64,000 bases of DNA, taken from assembly GCF_963921235.1 (NCBI RefSeq), contig NC_086108.1:117120001-117184000 (forward strand). Reading direction: 5' to 3'. The position numbers and the translations under genes were made by a program. Origin of the DNA: Mobula hypostoma. Lineage: Eukaryota. Below the pieces are notes generated by a model that did no database searches, had not been told where the DNA came from, and saw nothing but the letters and a program-made list of their open reading frames with translations. Below, piece by piece: positions 24,801-39,800 of the stretch; positions within the stretch are counted from its first letter, which is position 1; every line of letters starts with the position of its first letter.

Positions 24801-27800
24801 CAGATGGACACGGTAACAGTGAACCACAGAGTGGACAGGTGGACGGGGTGTCAGTGAAACACAGAGTGGACAGCTGGACACGGTGTCAGTGAACCACAGA
24901 GTGGACAGGTGGACGGGGTGTCTGTGAGCCACAGAGTGGAAAGGTGGACACGGTGTTAGTGAACCACAGAGTGGACAGGTGGACGGGGTGTCAGTGAACC
25001 ACAGAGTGGACAGGTGGACACGGTGTCAGTGAACCACAGTGGACAGGTGGACACGGTGACAGTGAACCACAGAGTGGACAGGTGGACACGGTATCAGTGA
25101 ACCACAGAGTGGACAGGTGGACACGGTGTCAGTGAACCACAGAGTGGACAGGTGGACGGGGTGTCAGTGATCCACAGAGTGGACAGGTGGACACGGTGTC
25201 AGTGAACCACAGAGCGGACAGGTGGACGGGGTGTCAGTGAAGCACAGAGTGCACAGGTGGATGGGGTGTCAGTGAAACACAGAGTGGACAGCTGGACACG
25301 GTGTCAGTGAACCACAGAGTGGACAGGTGGACGGGGTGTATGTGGGCCACAGAGTGGACAGGTGGACACGGTGTTAGTGAACCACAGAGTGGACAGGTGG
25401 ACGGGGTGTCAGTGAACCACAGAGTGGACAGGTGGACACGGTGTCAGTGAACGACAGTGGACAGGTGGACGGGGTGTCTGTGAGCCACAGAGTGGACAGG
25501 TGGACACGGTGTCAGTGATCCAGAGAGTGGACAGGTGGACACGGTGACAGTGAACCACAGAGTGGACAGGTGGACACGGTGTCAGTGAAACACAGAGTGG
25601 ACAGGTGGACACGGTGTCAGTGAACCACAGAGTAGACAGGTGGACACGGTGTCAGTGAACCACAGAGTGGACAGGTGGACGTGGAGTCAGTGAACAACAG
25701 ACTGGACAGGTGGACGGGGTGTAAGTGAACCACAGAGTGGACATGTGGACGGGGTGTCAGTGAACCACAGAGTGGACAGTTGGACACGGTGTCAGTGAAC
25801 CACAGAGTGGACAGGTGGACGGGGTGTTAGTGAACCACAGAGTGGACAGGTGGACGGGGTGTCAGTGAACCACAGAGTGGACAGGTGGACACGGTGTCAG
25901 TGAACCACAGAGTGGACAGGTGGACGGGGTGACAGTGTACCACAGAGTGGACAGGTGGACACGGTGTCAGTGATCCAGAGAGTGGACAGGTGGACACGGT
26001 GACAGTGAACCACAGAGTGGACAGGTGGACACGGTGTCAGTGAAACACAGAGTGGACAGGTGGACACGGTGTCAGTGAAACACAGAGTGGACAGGTGGAC
26101 ACGGTGTCAGTGAACCACAGAGTGGACAGGTGGACACGGTGTCAGTGAACCACAGAGTGGACAGGTGGACGGGGAGTCAGTGAACAACAGACTGGACAGG
26201 TGGACGGGGTGTAAGTGAACCACAGAGTGGACATGTGGACGGGGTGTCAGTGAACCACAGAGTGGACAGGTGGACACGGTGTCAGTGAACCACAGAGTGG
26301 ACAGGTGGACGGGGTGACAGTGAACCACAGAGTGGACAGCTGGACACGATGTCAGTGAACCACAGAGTGGACAGGTAGACGGGGTGTCAGTGAACCAGAG
26401 AGTGGACAGGTGGACACGGTGTCAATGAACCACAGAGTGGACAGGGAGACACGGTGTCAGTGAACCACAGAGTGGACAGGTGGACGGGGTGTCAGTGAAC
26501 CACATAGCGGACAGGTGGACGGGGTGTCAGTGAACCACGGAGCGGACAGGTGGACATGGTGTCAGTGAACCACAGAGTGGACAGGTGGACGGGGTGACAG
26601 TGAACCACAGAGTGGACAGCTGGACACGATGTCAGTGAACCACAGAGTGGACAGGTAGACGGGGTGTCAGTGAACCAGAGAGTGGACAGGTGGACACGGT
26701 GTCAATGAACCACAGAGTGGACAGGGAGACACGGTGTCAGTGAACCACAGAGTGGACAGGTGGACGGGGTGTCAGTGAACTACAGAATGGACAGGTGGAC
26801 ACGGTGTCAGTGAACCACAGAGTGGACAGGTGGACACGGTGTCAGTGACCCACAGAGTGGACAGGTGGACACAGTGTCAGTGACCCACAGAGTGGACAGG
26901 TGGACACGGTGACAGTGAACCACAGAGTGGACAGGTGGACACAGTGTCAGTGACCCACAGAGTGGACAGGTGGACACGGTGTCAGTGAAACACAGAGTGG
27001 ACAGGTGGACACAGTGTCAGTGAACCACAGAGTGGACAGGTGGACGGGGTGTCAGTGAACCACAGAGTGGACAGGTGGACGGGGTGTCAGTGAACCACAG
27101 AGTGGACAGGTGGACACGGTGACAGTGAACCACAGAGTGGACAGGTGGATGGGTTGACAGTGAACCACAGAGTGGACAGGTGGACACGGTGTCAGTGAAC
27201 CACAGAGTGGACAGGTGGACATGGTGTCAGTGAACCACAGAGTGGACAGGTGGACACGGTGTCAGTGAACCACAGAGTGGACAGGTGGACGGGGAGTCAG
27301 TGAACCACAGAGTGGACAGGTGGACGGGGTGTCAGTGAACCACAGAGTGGACAGGTGGACACGGTGTCAGTGAACCACAGAGTGGACAGGTAGACGGGGT
27401 GTCAGTGAACCACAGAGTGGACAGGTGGACACGGTGTCAATGAACCACAGAGTGGACAGGTGGACACGGTGTCAGTGAACCACAGAGTGGACACGTGGAT
27501 GGGGTGTCAGTGAACCACAGAGTGGACAGGTGGACGGGGTGACAGTGTACCACAGAGTGGACAGGTGGACGGGTTGTCAGTGAACCACAGAGTGGACAGG
27601 TGGACGGGGTGTCAGTGAACCACAGAGTGGACAGGTGGACGGGGTGTCAGTGAACCACAGAGTGGACAGTTGGACGGGGTGTCAGTGAACCACAGAGTGG
27701 ACAGGTGGACGGGTTGTCAGTGAACCACAGAGTGGACAGGTGGACGGGGTGTCAGTGAACCACAGAGTGGACAGGTGGACGGGGTATCAGTGAACCACAG

Positions 27801-30800
27801 ACTGGACAGGTGAACACGGTGTGAGTGAACCACAGAGTGGACAGGTGGACACGATGTCAGTGAACCAGAGAGTGGACAGGTGGACGGGGTGTCAGTGAAC
27901 CACAGAGTGGACAGGTGGACACGGTGTCAGTGAAGCACAGAGTGAACAGGTGGACACAGTGTCAGTGAACCACAGAGTGGACAGGTGGACACGATGTCAG
28001 TGAACCACAGAGTGGACAGGTGGACACGATGTCAGTGATCCAGAGAGTGGACAGGTGGACGCGGTGTCAGTGAACCACAGAGTGGACAGGTGGACACGGT
28101 GTCAAGGAATCACAGAGTGGACAGGTGGACGGGGTGTCAGTGAACCACAGAGTCGACAGGTGGACACGATGTCAGTGATCCAGAGAGTGGACAGGTGGAC
28201 GGTGTGTCAGTGAACCACAGAGTGGACAGGTGGACACGGTGTCAGTGAACCACAGAGTGGACAGGTGGACATGGTGTCAGTGAACCACAGAGTGGACAGG
28301 TGGACGGGGTGTATGTGAACCACAGAGTGGACAGGTGGACACGGTGACAGAGAACCACAGAGTGGACAGGTGGACACGGTGTCAGTGAACCACAGAGTGG
28401 ACAGGTGGACACGGTGTTAGTGAACCACAGAGTGGACAGGTGGACACGGTGTCAGTGAACCACAGAGTTGACAATTGGACACGGTGTCAGTGAACCACAG
28501 AGAGGACAGGTGGACACGGTGTCAGTGAACCACAGAGAGGACAGGTGGACACGGTGTCAGTGAACCACAGAGTGGACAGGTGGACGGGGTGTCAGTGAAC
28601 CACAGAGTGGACAGGTGGACACCGTGTCAGTGAACCACAGAGTGGACAGGTGGACACGGTGTCAGTGAACCACAGAGTGGACAGGTGGACGGGGTGTCAG
28701 TGAACCACAGAGTGGACAGGTGGACGGGGTGTCGGTGAACCACAGAGCGGACAGGTGGACGGGGTGTCAAGGAACCACAGAGCGGACAGGTGGACATGGT
28801 GTCAGTGAACCACAGTGTGGACAGGTGGACGGGGTGTCTGTGAACCACAAAGTGGACAGGTGGACGGGGTGTCAGTGAACTACAGAGTGGACAGGTGGAC
28901 GGGGTGTCTGTGAACCACAGAGTGGACAGGTGGACAGGGTGTGAGTGAACCACAGAGTGGACAGGTGGACGGGGTGTCAGTGAACCACAGAGTTGACAAG
29001 TGGACACGGTGTCAGTGAACCACAGAGTGGACAGGTGGACACGGTGTCAGTGAACCACAGAGTGGACAGGTGGACACGGTGTCAGTGAACCACAGAGTGG
29101 ACAGGTGGACGGGGTGTCAGTGAACCACAGAGTGGACAGGTGGATGGGGTGTCAGTGAACCACAGAGTGGACAGGTGGACACGGTGTCAGTGAACCACAG
29201 AGTGGACAGGTGGACACAGTGTCAGTGAACCACAGAGTGGACAGGTAGACGGGGTGTCAGTGAACCACAGAGTGGACAGGTGGACACGGTGTCAAGGAAC
29301 CACAGAGTGGACAGGTGGACGGGGTGTCAGTGAACCACAGAGTGGACAGGTGGACCGGGTGTCAGTGAACCACAGAGTGTACAGGTGGACACGGTGTCAA
29401 TGAACCACAGAGTGGACAGGTGGACACGGTGTGAGTGAACCACAGAGTGGACAGGTGGATGGGGTGTCAGTGAACCACAGACTGGACAGGTGGACAGGGT
29501 GACAGTGAACCACAGAGTGGACAGGTGGAGACGGTGTCAGTGAACCACAGAGTGGACAGGTGGACGGGTTGTTTGTGAACCACAGAGTGGACAGGTGGAC
29601 ACGGTGTCAGTGAACCACAGAGTGGACAGGTGGACGGGGTGTCAGTGAACCACAGACTGGACAGGTGGATGGGTTGACAGTGAATCACAGAGTGGACAGG
29701 TGGATGGGGTGTCAGTGAACCACAGACTGGACAGGTGCACACGGTGTCAGTGAACCACAGAGTGGACAGGTGGACGGGGTGTCAGTGAACCACAGAGTGG
29801 ACAGGTGGACATGGTGTCAGTGTACCACAGAGTGGACAGGTGGACACGGTGTCAGTGAACCACAGAGTGGACAGGTGGACGGGGTTTCAGTGAACCACAG
29901 AGCGGACAGGTGGACGGGGTGTCAGTGAACCACAGAGTGGACAGGTGAACACGGTGTCAGTGAACCACAGACTGGACAGGTGGACACGGTGTCAGTGAAC
30001 CACAGAGTGGACAGGTGGACACGGTGTCAGTGAACCACAGAGTGGACAGGTGGACGGGGTGTCAGTGAACCACAGAGTGGACAGGTGGACGGGATGTCAC
30101 TGAACCACAGAGTTGTCAGGTGGACGGGGTGACAGTGAACCACAGAGTGGACAGGTGGACACGGTGTCAGAGAACCACAGAGTTGACAAGTGGACACGGT
30201 GTCAGTGAACCACAGAGTGGACAGGTGGACACGGTAACAGAGAACCACAGAGTGGACAGGTGGACACGGTGTCAGTGAACCACAGAGTGGACAGGTGGAC
30301 GGGGTGTCAGTGAACCACATAGTGGACAGGTGGACACGGTGTGAGTGAACCACAGAGTGGACAGGTGGACACGGTGTCAGTGAACCACAGAGTGGACAGG
30401 TGGACGGGGTGTCAGTGAACCACAGAGCGGACAGGTGGACGGGGTGTCAGTGAACCACAGAGTGGACAGGTGGACACAGTGTCAGTGAACCACATAGTGG
30501 ACAGGTGGACGGGGTGTCAGTGAACCACAGAGTGGACAGGTGGACACGGTGTCAGTGAACCACAGAGTAGACAGGTGGACGGGGTGTCAGTGAACCACAG
30601 AGTGGACAGGTGGACACGGTGTCAATGAACCAAAGAGTGGACAGGTGGACACGATGTCAGTGAACCACAGACTGGACAGGTGGACACGGTGTCAGTGAAC
30701 CAGAGAGTGGACAGGTGGACACAGTGTCAGTGAACCACAGAGTGGACAGGTGGACACGGTGTCAGTGAACCACAGAGTGGACAGGTGGACGGGGTGTCAG

Positions 30801-33800
30801 TGAACCACAGAGTGGACAGGTGGACATGGTGTCAGTGAAGCACAGAGTGGACAGGTGGACATGGTGTCAGTGAACCACAGAGTGGACAGCTGGACACGGT
30901 GACAGTGAACCACAGAGTGGACAGGTGGACACGGTGTCAGTGAACCACAGAGTGGACAGGTGGACATGGTGTCAGTGAACCACAGAGTGGACAGCTGGAC
31001 ACGGTGTCAGTGAACCACAGAGTGGACAGGTGGACGGGGAGTCAGTGAACCACAGAGTGGACAGGTGGACATGGTGTCAGTGAACCACAGAGCGGACAGG
31101 TGGACATGGTGTCAGTGAACCACAGAGTGGACAGGTGGACGGGGTGTCTGTGAACCACATAGCGGACAGGTGGACGGGGTGTCAGTGAACCACATAGCGG
31201 ACAGGTGGACGGGGTGTCAGTGAACCACAGAGCGGACAGGTGGACGGGGTGTCAGTGAACCACAGAGCGGACAGGTGGACATGGTGTCAGTGAACCACAG
31301 AGTGGACAGGTGGACGGGGTGTCTGTGAACCACAGAGTGGACAGGTGGACACGGTGTGAGTGAACCACAGAGTGGACAGGTGGACGGGGTGTCAGTGAAC
31401 CACAGAGTGGACAGGTGGACACGGTGACAGTGAACCACAGAGTGGACAGGTGGACACGGTGACAAAGAACCACAGAGTGGACAGGTGGACGGGGTGTCAG
31501 TGAACCACAGAGTGGACAGGTGGACACGGTGTCAGTGCACCAGAGAGTGGACAGGTGGACACAGTGTCAGTGAACCACAGAGTGGACAGGTGGATGGGGT
31601 GTCAGTGAACCACAGACTGGACAGGTGGACGGGGTGTCAGTGAACCACAGAGTGGACAGGTGGATGGGTTGACAGTGAGTCACAGAGTGGACAGGTGGAC
31701 GGGTTGTCAGTGAACCACAGAGTGGGACATGTGGACAGGGTGTCAGAGAACCACAGAGTGGACAGGTGGACACGGTGTCAGTGAATCACAGAGCGGACAG
31801 GTGGACACGGAGTCAAGGAACCACAGACTGGACAGGTGGATGGGGTGTCAGTGATCCACAGAGTGGAAAGGTGAACACGGTGTCAGTGAAGCACAGAGTG
31901 GACAGGTGGACGGTGTGTCAGTGAACCACAGAGTGGACAGGTAGACGGGGTGTCAGTGAACCACAGAGTGGACAGGTGGACACGGTGTCAGTGAACCACA
32001 GAGTGGACAGGTGGAGACGGTGTCAGTGAACCACAGAGTGGACAGGTGGACGGGGTGACAGTGTACCACAGAGTGGACAGGTGGACACGGTGTCAGTAAA
32101 CCACAGAGTGGACAGGTGGACACAGTGTCAGTGAACCACAGAGTGGACAGGTGGATGGGTTGACAGTGAATCACAGAGTGGACAGGTGGACGGGGTGTCA
32201 GTGAACCACAGAGTGGACAGGTGGACACGGTGACAGAGAACCACAGAGTGGACAGGTGGACACAGTGTCAGTGAACCACAGAGTGGACAGGTGGACACGG
32301 TGTCACTGAACCACAGAGTGGACAGGTGGACACGGTGTCAGTGAACCACAGAGTGGACAGGTGGACACGGTGTCAGTGAACCACAGAGTGGACAGGTGGA
32401 CGGGGTGACAGTGTACAACAGATTGGACAGGTGGACACGGTGTCAGTAAACCACAGAGTGGACAGGTGGACGGGGTGTCAGTGAACCACAGAGTGGACAG
32501 GTGGACACGTTGTCAATGAACCACAGAGTGGACAGGTGGACACGGTGTCAGTGAACCACAGAGTGGACAGGTGGATGGGGTGTCAGTGAACCACAGACTG
32601 GACAGGTGCACACGGTGTCAGTGAACCACATAGTGGACAGGGGGACGGGGTGTCAGTGAACCACAGAGTGGACAGGTGGACGGGGTTTCAGTGAACCACA
32701 TTGCGGACAGGTGGACGGGGTGTCAGTGAACCACAGAGCGGACAGGTGGACGGGGTGTCAGTGAACCACAGAGCGGACAGGTGGAGGGGGAGTCAGTGAA
32801 CCACAGAGTGGACAGGTGGACACGGTGTCAGAGAACCACAGACTGGACAGGTGTACACGGTGTCAGTGAACCACAGAGTAGACAGGTGGACGGGGTTTCA
32901 GTGAACCACAGAGTGGACAGGTGGACGGGGTGCCAGAGTACCACAGAGTGGACAGGTGGACGGGGTGTCAGTGAACCACAGAGTGGACAGGTGGATGGGT
33001 TGACAGTGAATCACAGAGTGGACAGGTGGACGGGGTGTCAGTGAACCACAGAGTGGACAGGTGGACACGGTGTCAGTGAACCACAGAGTGGACAGGTGGA
33101 CGGGGTGTCAGTGAACCACAGAGTGGACAGGTGGACACGGTGTCAGTGAACCACAGAGTGGACAGGTGGACGGATGTCAGTGAACCACAGAGCGGACAGG
33201 TGGACGGGGTGTCAGTGAACCACAGAGTAGACAGGTGGACACGGTGTCAGAGAACCACAGACTGGACAGGTGTACACGGTGTCAGTGAACCACAGAGTGG
33301 ACAGGTGGACGGGGTTTCAGTGAAACACATAGCGGACAGGTGGACGGGGTATCAGTGAACCACAGAGTGGACAGGTGGATGGGTTGACAGTGAATCACAG
33401 AGTGGACAGGTGGACGGGGTGTCAGTGAACCACAGAGTGGACAGGTGGACGGGGTGTCAGTGAACCACAGAGTGGACAGGTGGACACGGTGTCAGTGAAC
33501 CACAGAGTGGACAGGTGGACGGGGTGTCAGTGAACCAGAGTTGACAGGTGGACACGGTGTCACTGAACCACAGAGCGGACAGGTGGACGGGGTGTCAGTG
33601 AACCACAGAGTGGACAGGTGGACACGGTGTCACTGAACCACAGAGTGGACAGGTGGACGGGGTGTCAGTGAATCACAGAGTGGACAGGTGGACAAGGTGT
33701 CAGTGAACCACAGAGTGGAGAGGTGGACGGGGTGTCAGTGAACCAGAGTTGACAGGTGGACACGGTGTCACTGAACCACAGAGCGGACAGGTGGACGGGG

Positions 33801-36800
33801 TGTCAGTGAACCACAGAGTGGACAGGTGGACACGGTGTCAGTGAACCACAGAGTGGACAGGTGGACACGGTGTCAATGAACCAAAGAGTGGACAGGTGGA
33901 CACGGTGTCAGTGAACCACAGAGTGGACAGGTGGACGGGGTGTCAGTGAACCACAGAGTGGACAGGTGGACACGGTGTCAGTGAACCACAGACTGGACAG
34001 GTGGACACGGTGTCAGTGAACCACAGAGTGGACAGGTGGACGGGGTGTCAGTGTATCACAGAGTGGACAGGTGGACACGGTGTCAATGAACCAAAGAGTG
34101 GACAGGTGGACACGGTGTCAGTGAACCACAGAGTGGACAGGTGGACGGGGTGTCAGTGAACCACAGAGTGGACAGGTGGACACGGTGTCAGTGAACCACA
34201 GAGTGGACAGGTGGACACAGTGTCAGTGAACCACAGAGTGGACAGGTGGACGGGGTGTCAGTGAACCACATAGCGGACAGGTGGACGGGGTGTCAGTGAA
34301 CCACGGAGCGGACAGGTGGACATGGTGTCAGTGAACCACAGAGTGGACGGGGTGTCTGTGAACCACAGAGTGGCCAGGTGGACACGGTGTCAGTGAACCA
34401 CAGAGTGGACAGGTGGACACGGTGTGAGTGAACCACAGAGTGGACAGGTGGACACGGTGTCAGTGAACCACAGAGTGGACAGGTGGACACGGTGTCAGTG
34501 AACCACAGAGTGGACAGGTGGACACGGTGTCAGTGAACCACAGAGTGGACAGGTGGACACGGTGTCAGTAAACCACAGAGTGGACAGGTGGACACGGTGT
34601 CAGTGAACCACAGAGTGGACAGGTGGATGGGGTGTCAGTGAACCACAGACTGGACAGGTGCACACGGTGTCAGTGAACCACAGAGTGGACAGGTGGACAC
34701 GGTGTCAGTGAACCACAGAGTGGACAGGTGGAGACGGTGTCAGTGAACCACAGAGTGGACAGGTGGACGGGGTGACAGTATACCACAGAGTGGACAGGTG
34801 GACACAGTGTCAGTGAACCACAGAGTAGACAGGTGGATGGGTTGACAGTGAATCACAGAGTGGACAGGTGGACGGGGTGTCAGTGAACCACAGAGTGCAC
34901 AGGTGGACACAGTGTCAGGGAACCACAGAGTGGACAGGTGGACACGGTGTCAGTGAACCACAGAGTAGACAGGTGGACACGGTGACAGAGAACCACAGAG
35001 TGGACAGGTGGACACAGTGTCAGTGAACCACAGAGTGGACAGGTGGACACGGTGTCACTGAACCACAGAGTGGACAGGTGGACACGGTGTCAGTGAACCA
35101 CAGAGTGGACAGGTGGACACGGTGTCAGTGAACCACAGAGAGGACAGGTGGACGGGGTGACAGTGTACAACAGATTGGACAGGTGGACACGGTGTCAGTA
35201 AACCACAGAGTGGACAGGTGGACGGATGTCAGTGAACCACAGAGCGGACAGGTGGACGGGGTGTCAGTGAACCACAGAGTGGACAGGTGGACACGGTGTC
35301 AGAGAACCACAGACTGGACAGGTGTACACGGTGTCAGTGAACCACAGAGTGGACAGGTGGACGGGGTTTCAGTGAAACACATAGCGCACAGGTGGACGGG
35401 GTATCAGTGAACCACAGAGTGGACAGGTGGATGGGTTGACAGTGAATCACAGAGTGGACAGGTGGACGGGGTGTCAGTGAACCACAGAGTGGACAGGTGG
35501 ACGGGGTGTCAGTGAACCACAGAGTGGACAGGTGGACACGGTGTCAGTGAACCACAGAGTGGACAGGTGGACGGGGTGTCAGTGAACCAGAGTTGACAGG
35601 TGGACACGGTGTCACTGAACCACAGAGTGGACAGGTAGACACGGTGTCAGTGAACCACATAGCGGACAGGTGGACGGGGTGTCAGTGAACCACAGAGCGG
35701 ACAGGTGGACGGGGTGTCAGTGAACCACAGAGCGGACAGGTGGACGGGGTGTCAGTGAACCACAGAGTGGACAGGTGGACACGGTGTCAGTGAACCACAG
35801 AGTGGACAGGTGGACACGGTGTCAGTGAACCACAGAGTGGACAGGTGGACACGGTGTGAGTGAACCACAGAGTAGACAGGTGGACACGGTGTCAGTGAAC
35901 CACAGAGTGGACAGGTGGACGGGGTGTCAGTGAACCACAGAGTGGACAGGTGGACACGGTGTCAGTGAACCACAGACTGGACAGGTGGACACGGTGTCAG
36001 TGAACCACAGAGTGGACAGGTGGACGGGGTGTCAGTGTATCACAGAGTGGACAGGTGGACACGTTGTCAATGAATCACAGAGTGGACAGGTGGACACGGT
36101 GACAATGAACCAAAGAGTGGACAGGTGGACACGGTGTCAGTGAACCACAGAGTGGACAGGTGGACGGGGTGTCAGTGAACCACAGAGTGGACAGGTGGAC
36201 ACGGTGTCAGTGAACCACAGAGTGGACAGGTGGACACAGTGTCAGTGAACCACAGAGTGGACAGGTGGACGGGGTGTCAGTGAACCACATAGCGGACAGG
36301 TGGACGGGGTGTCAGTGAACCACGGAGCGGACAGGTGGACATGGTGTCAGTGAACCACAGAGTGGACGGGGTGTCTGTGAACCACAGAGTGGACAGGTGG
36401 ACACGGTGTCAGTGAACCACAGAGTGGACAGGTGGACACGGTGTGAGTGAACCACAGAGTGGACAGGTGGACACGGTGTCAGTGAACCACAGAGTTGACA
36501 GGTGGACACGGTGTCAGTGAACCACAGAGTGGACAGGTGGACACGGTGTCAGTGAACCACAGAGTGGACAGGTGGACACGGTGTCAGTGAACCACAGAGT
36601 GGACAGGTGGACACGGTGTCAGTGAACCACAGAGTGGACAGGTGGACACGGTGTCAGTGAACCACAGAGTGGACAGGTGGATGGGGTGTCAGTGAACCAC
36701 AGACTGGACAGGTGCACACGGTGTCAGTGAACCACAGAGTGGACAGGTGGACACGGTGTCAGTGAACCACAGAGTGGACAGGTGGAGACGGTGTCAGTGA

Positions 36801-39800
36801 ACCACAGAGTGGACAGGTGGACGGGGTGACAGTGTACCACAGAGTGGACAGCTGGACACAGTGTCAGTGAACCACAGAGTGGACAGGTGGATGGGTTGAC
36901 AGTGAATCACAGAGTGGACAGGTGGACGGGGTGTCAGTGAACCACAGAGTGCACAGGTGGACACAGTGTCAGGGAACCACAGAGAGGACAGGTGGACGGG
37001 GTGACAGTGTACAACAGATTGGACAGGTGGACACGGTGTCAGTAAACCACAGAGAGGACAGGTGGACGGGGTGACAGTGTACAACAGATTGGACAGGTGG
37101 ACACAGTGTCAGTGAACCACAGAGTGGACAGGTGGACACGGTGTCACTGAACCACAGAGTGGACAGGTGGACACGGTGTCACTGAACCACAGAGTGGACA
37201 GGTGGACACAGTGTCAGTGAACCACAGAGTGGACAGGTGGACACGTTGTCAATGAACCACAGAGTGGACAGGTGGACACGGTGTCAGTGAACCACAGAGT
37301 GGACAGGTGGATGGGGTGTCAGTGAACCACAGAGTGGACAGGTGCACACGGTGTCAGTGAACCACATAGTGGACAGGTGGACGGGGTGTCAGTGAACCAC
37401 AGAGTGGACAGGTGGACGGGGTTTCAGTGAACCACATTGCGGACAGGTGGACGGGGTGTCAGTGAACCACAGAGCGGACAGGTGGACGGGGTGTCAGTGA
37501 ACCACAGAGCGGACAGGTGGAGGGGGAGTCAGTGAACCACAGAGTGGACAGGTGGACACGGTGTCAGTGAACCACAGAGTGGACAGGTGGACACGGTGTC
37601 AGTGAACCACAGAGTGGACAGGTGGACGGGGTTTCAGTGAACCACAGAGTGGACAGGTGGACGGGGTGCCAGAGTACCACAGAGTGGACAGGTGGACGGG
37701 GTGTCAGTGAACCACAGAGTGGACAGGTGGATGGGTTGATAGTGAATCACAGAGTGGACAGGTGGACGGGGTGTCAGTGAACCACAGAGTGGACAGGTGG
37801 ACGGGATGTCAGTGAACCACAGAGTGGACAGGTGGACGGGGTGTCAGTGAACCACAGAGTGGACAGGTGGACACGGTGTCAGTGAACCACAGAGTGGACA
37901 GGTGGACGGGGTGTCAGTGAACCACAGAGTGGACAGGTGGACGGGGTGTCAGTGAACCACAGAGTGGACAGGTGGACGGGGTGTCAGTGAACCACAGAGT
38001 GGACAGGTGGACACGGTGACAGTGAAGCACAGAGTGGACAGGTGGACGGGTTGACAGTGAACCACAGAGTGGACAGGTGGACACGGTGTCAGTGAACCAC
38101 AGAGTGGACAGGTGGACGGGGTTTCAGTGAAACACATAGTGGACAGGTGGACGGGGTGTCAGTGAACCACAGAGTGGACAGGTGGATGGGTTGACAGTGA
38201 ATCACAGAGTGGACAGGTGGACGGGGTGTCAGTGAACCACAGAGTGGACAGGTGGACACGGTGTCAGTGAACCACAGAGTGGACAGGTGGACGGGGTGTC
38301 AGTGAACCACAGAGTGGACAGGTGGACACGGTGTCAGTGAACCACAGAGTGGACAGGTGGACGGGGTGTCAGTGAACCACAGAGTTGACAGGTGGACACG
38401 GTGTCAGTGAACCACAGAGTGGACAGGTGGACACGGTGTCAGTGAACCACATAGTGGACAGGTGGACGGGGTGTCAGTGAACCACAGAGTGGACAGGTGG
38501 ACGGGGTGTCAGTGAACCACAGAGTGGACAGGTGGACACGGTGTCAGTGAACCACAGAGTGGACAGGTGGACACGGTGTCAGTGAACCACAGAGTGGACA
38601 GGTGGATGGGTTGACAGTGAATCACAGAGTGGACAGGTGGACGGGGTGTCAGTGAACCACAGAGTGGACAGGTGGACACAGTGTCAGTGAACCACAGAGT
38701 GGACAGGTGGACACGGTGTCAGTGAACCACAGAGTGGACAGGTGGACACGGTGACAGTGAACCACAGAGTGGACAGGTGGACACAGTGTCAGTGAACCAC
38801 AGAGTGGACAGGTGGACACGGTGTCAGTGAACCACAGAGTGGACAGGTGGACACGGTGTCAGTGAACCACAGAGTGGACAGGTGGACACGGTGTCAGTGA
38901 ACCACAGAGTGGACAGGTGGACGGGGTGACAGTGTACCACAGATTGGACAGGTGGACACGGTGTCAGTAAACCACAGAGTGGACAGGTGGACGGGGTGTC
39001 AGTGAACCACAGAGTGGACAGGTGGACACGGTGTCAATGAACCACAGAGTGGACAGGTGGACACGGTGTCAGTGAACCACAGAGTGGACAGGTGGATGGG
39101 GTGTCAGTGAACCACAGACTGGACAGGTGCACACGGTGTCAGTGAACCACAGAGTGGACAGGGGGACGGGGTGTCAGTGAACCACAGAGTGGACAGGTGG
39201 ACGGGGTTTCAGTGAACCACATTGCGGACAGGTGGACGGGGTGTCAGTGAACCACAGAGCGGACAGGTGGACGGGGTGTCAGTGAACCACAGAGCGGACA
39301 GGTGGAGGGGGAGTCAGTGAACCACAGAGTGGACAGGTGGACACGGTGTCAGAGAACCACAGACTGGACAGGTGTACACGGTGTCAGTGAACCACAGAGT
39401 GGACAGGTGGACGGGGTGTCAGTGAACCACAGAGTGGACAGGTGGACGGGGTGTCACTGAACCACAGAGTGGACAGGTGGACACGGTGTCAGTGAACCAC
39501 AGAGTGGACAGGTGGATGGGTTGACAGTGAATCACAGAGTGGACAGGTGGACGGGGTGTCAGTGAACCACAGAGTGGACAGGTGGACACGGTGTCAGTGA
39601 ACCACAGAGTGGACAGGTGGACGGGGTGTCAGTGAACCACAGAGTGGACAGGTGGACACGGTGTCAGTGAACCACAGAGTGGACAGGTGGACGGATGTCA
39701 GTGAACCACAGAGCGGACAGGTGGACGGGGTGTCAGTGAACCACAGAGTAGACAGGTGGACACGGTGTCAGAGAACCACAGACTGGACAGGTGTACACGG

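Noticed and set aside
20000..26000. Common ancestry of arrays A and B as an inverted pair (CACCCCAGTCCTCACC versus minus-strand CACCCCGTCCACC)
   Set aside because: The similarity is short, needs gaps and is expected between C-rich low-complexity units. Array B is better explained by Tx1 origin.
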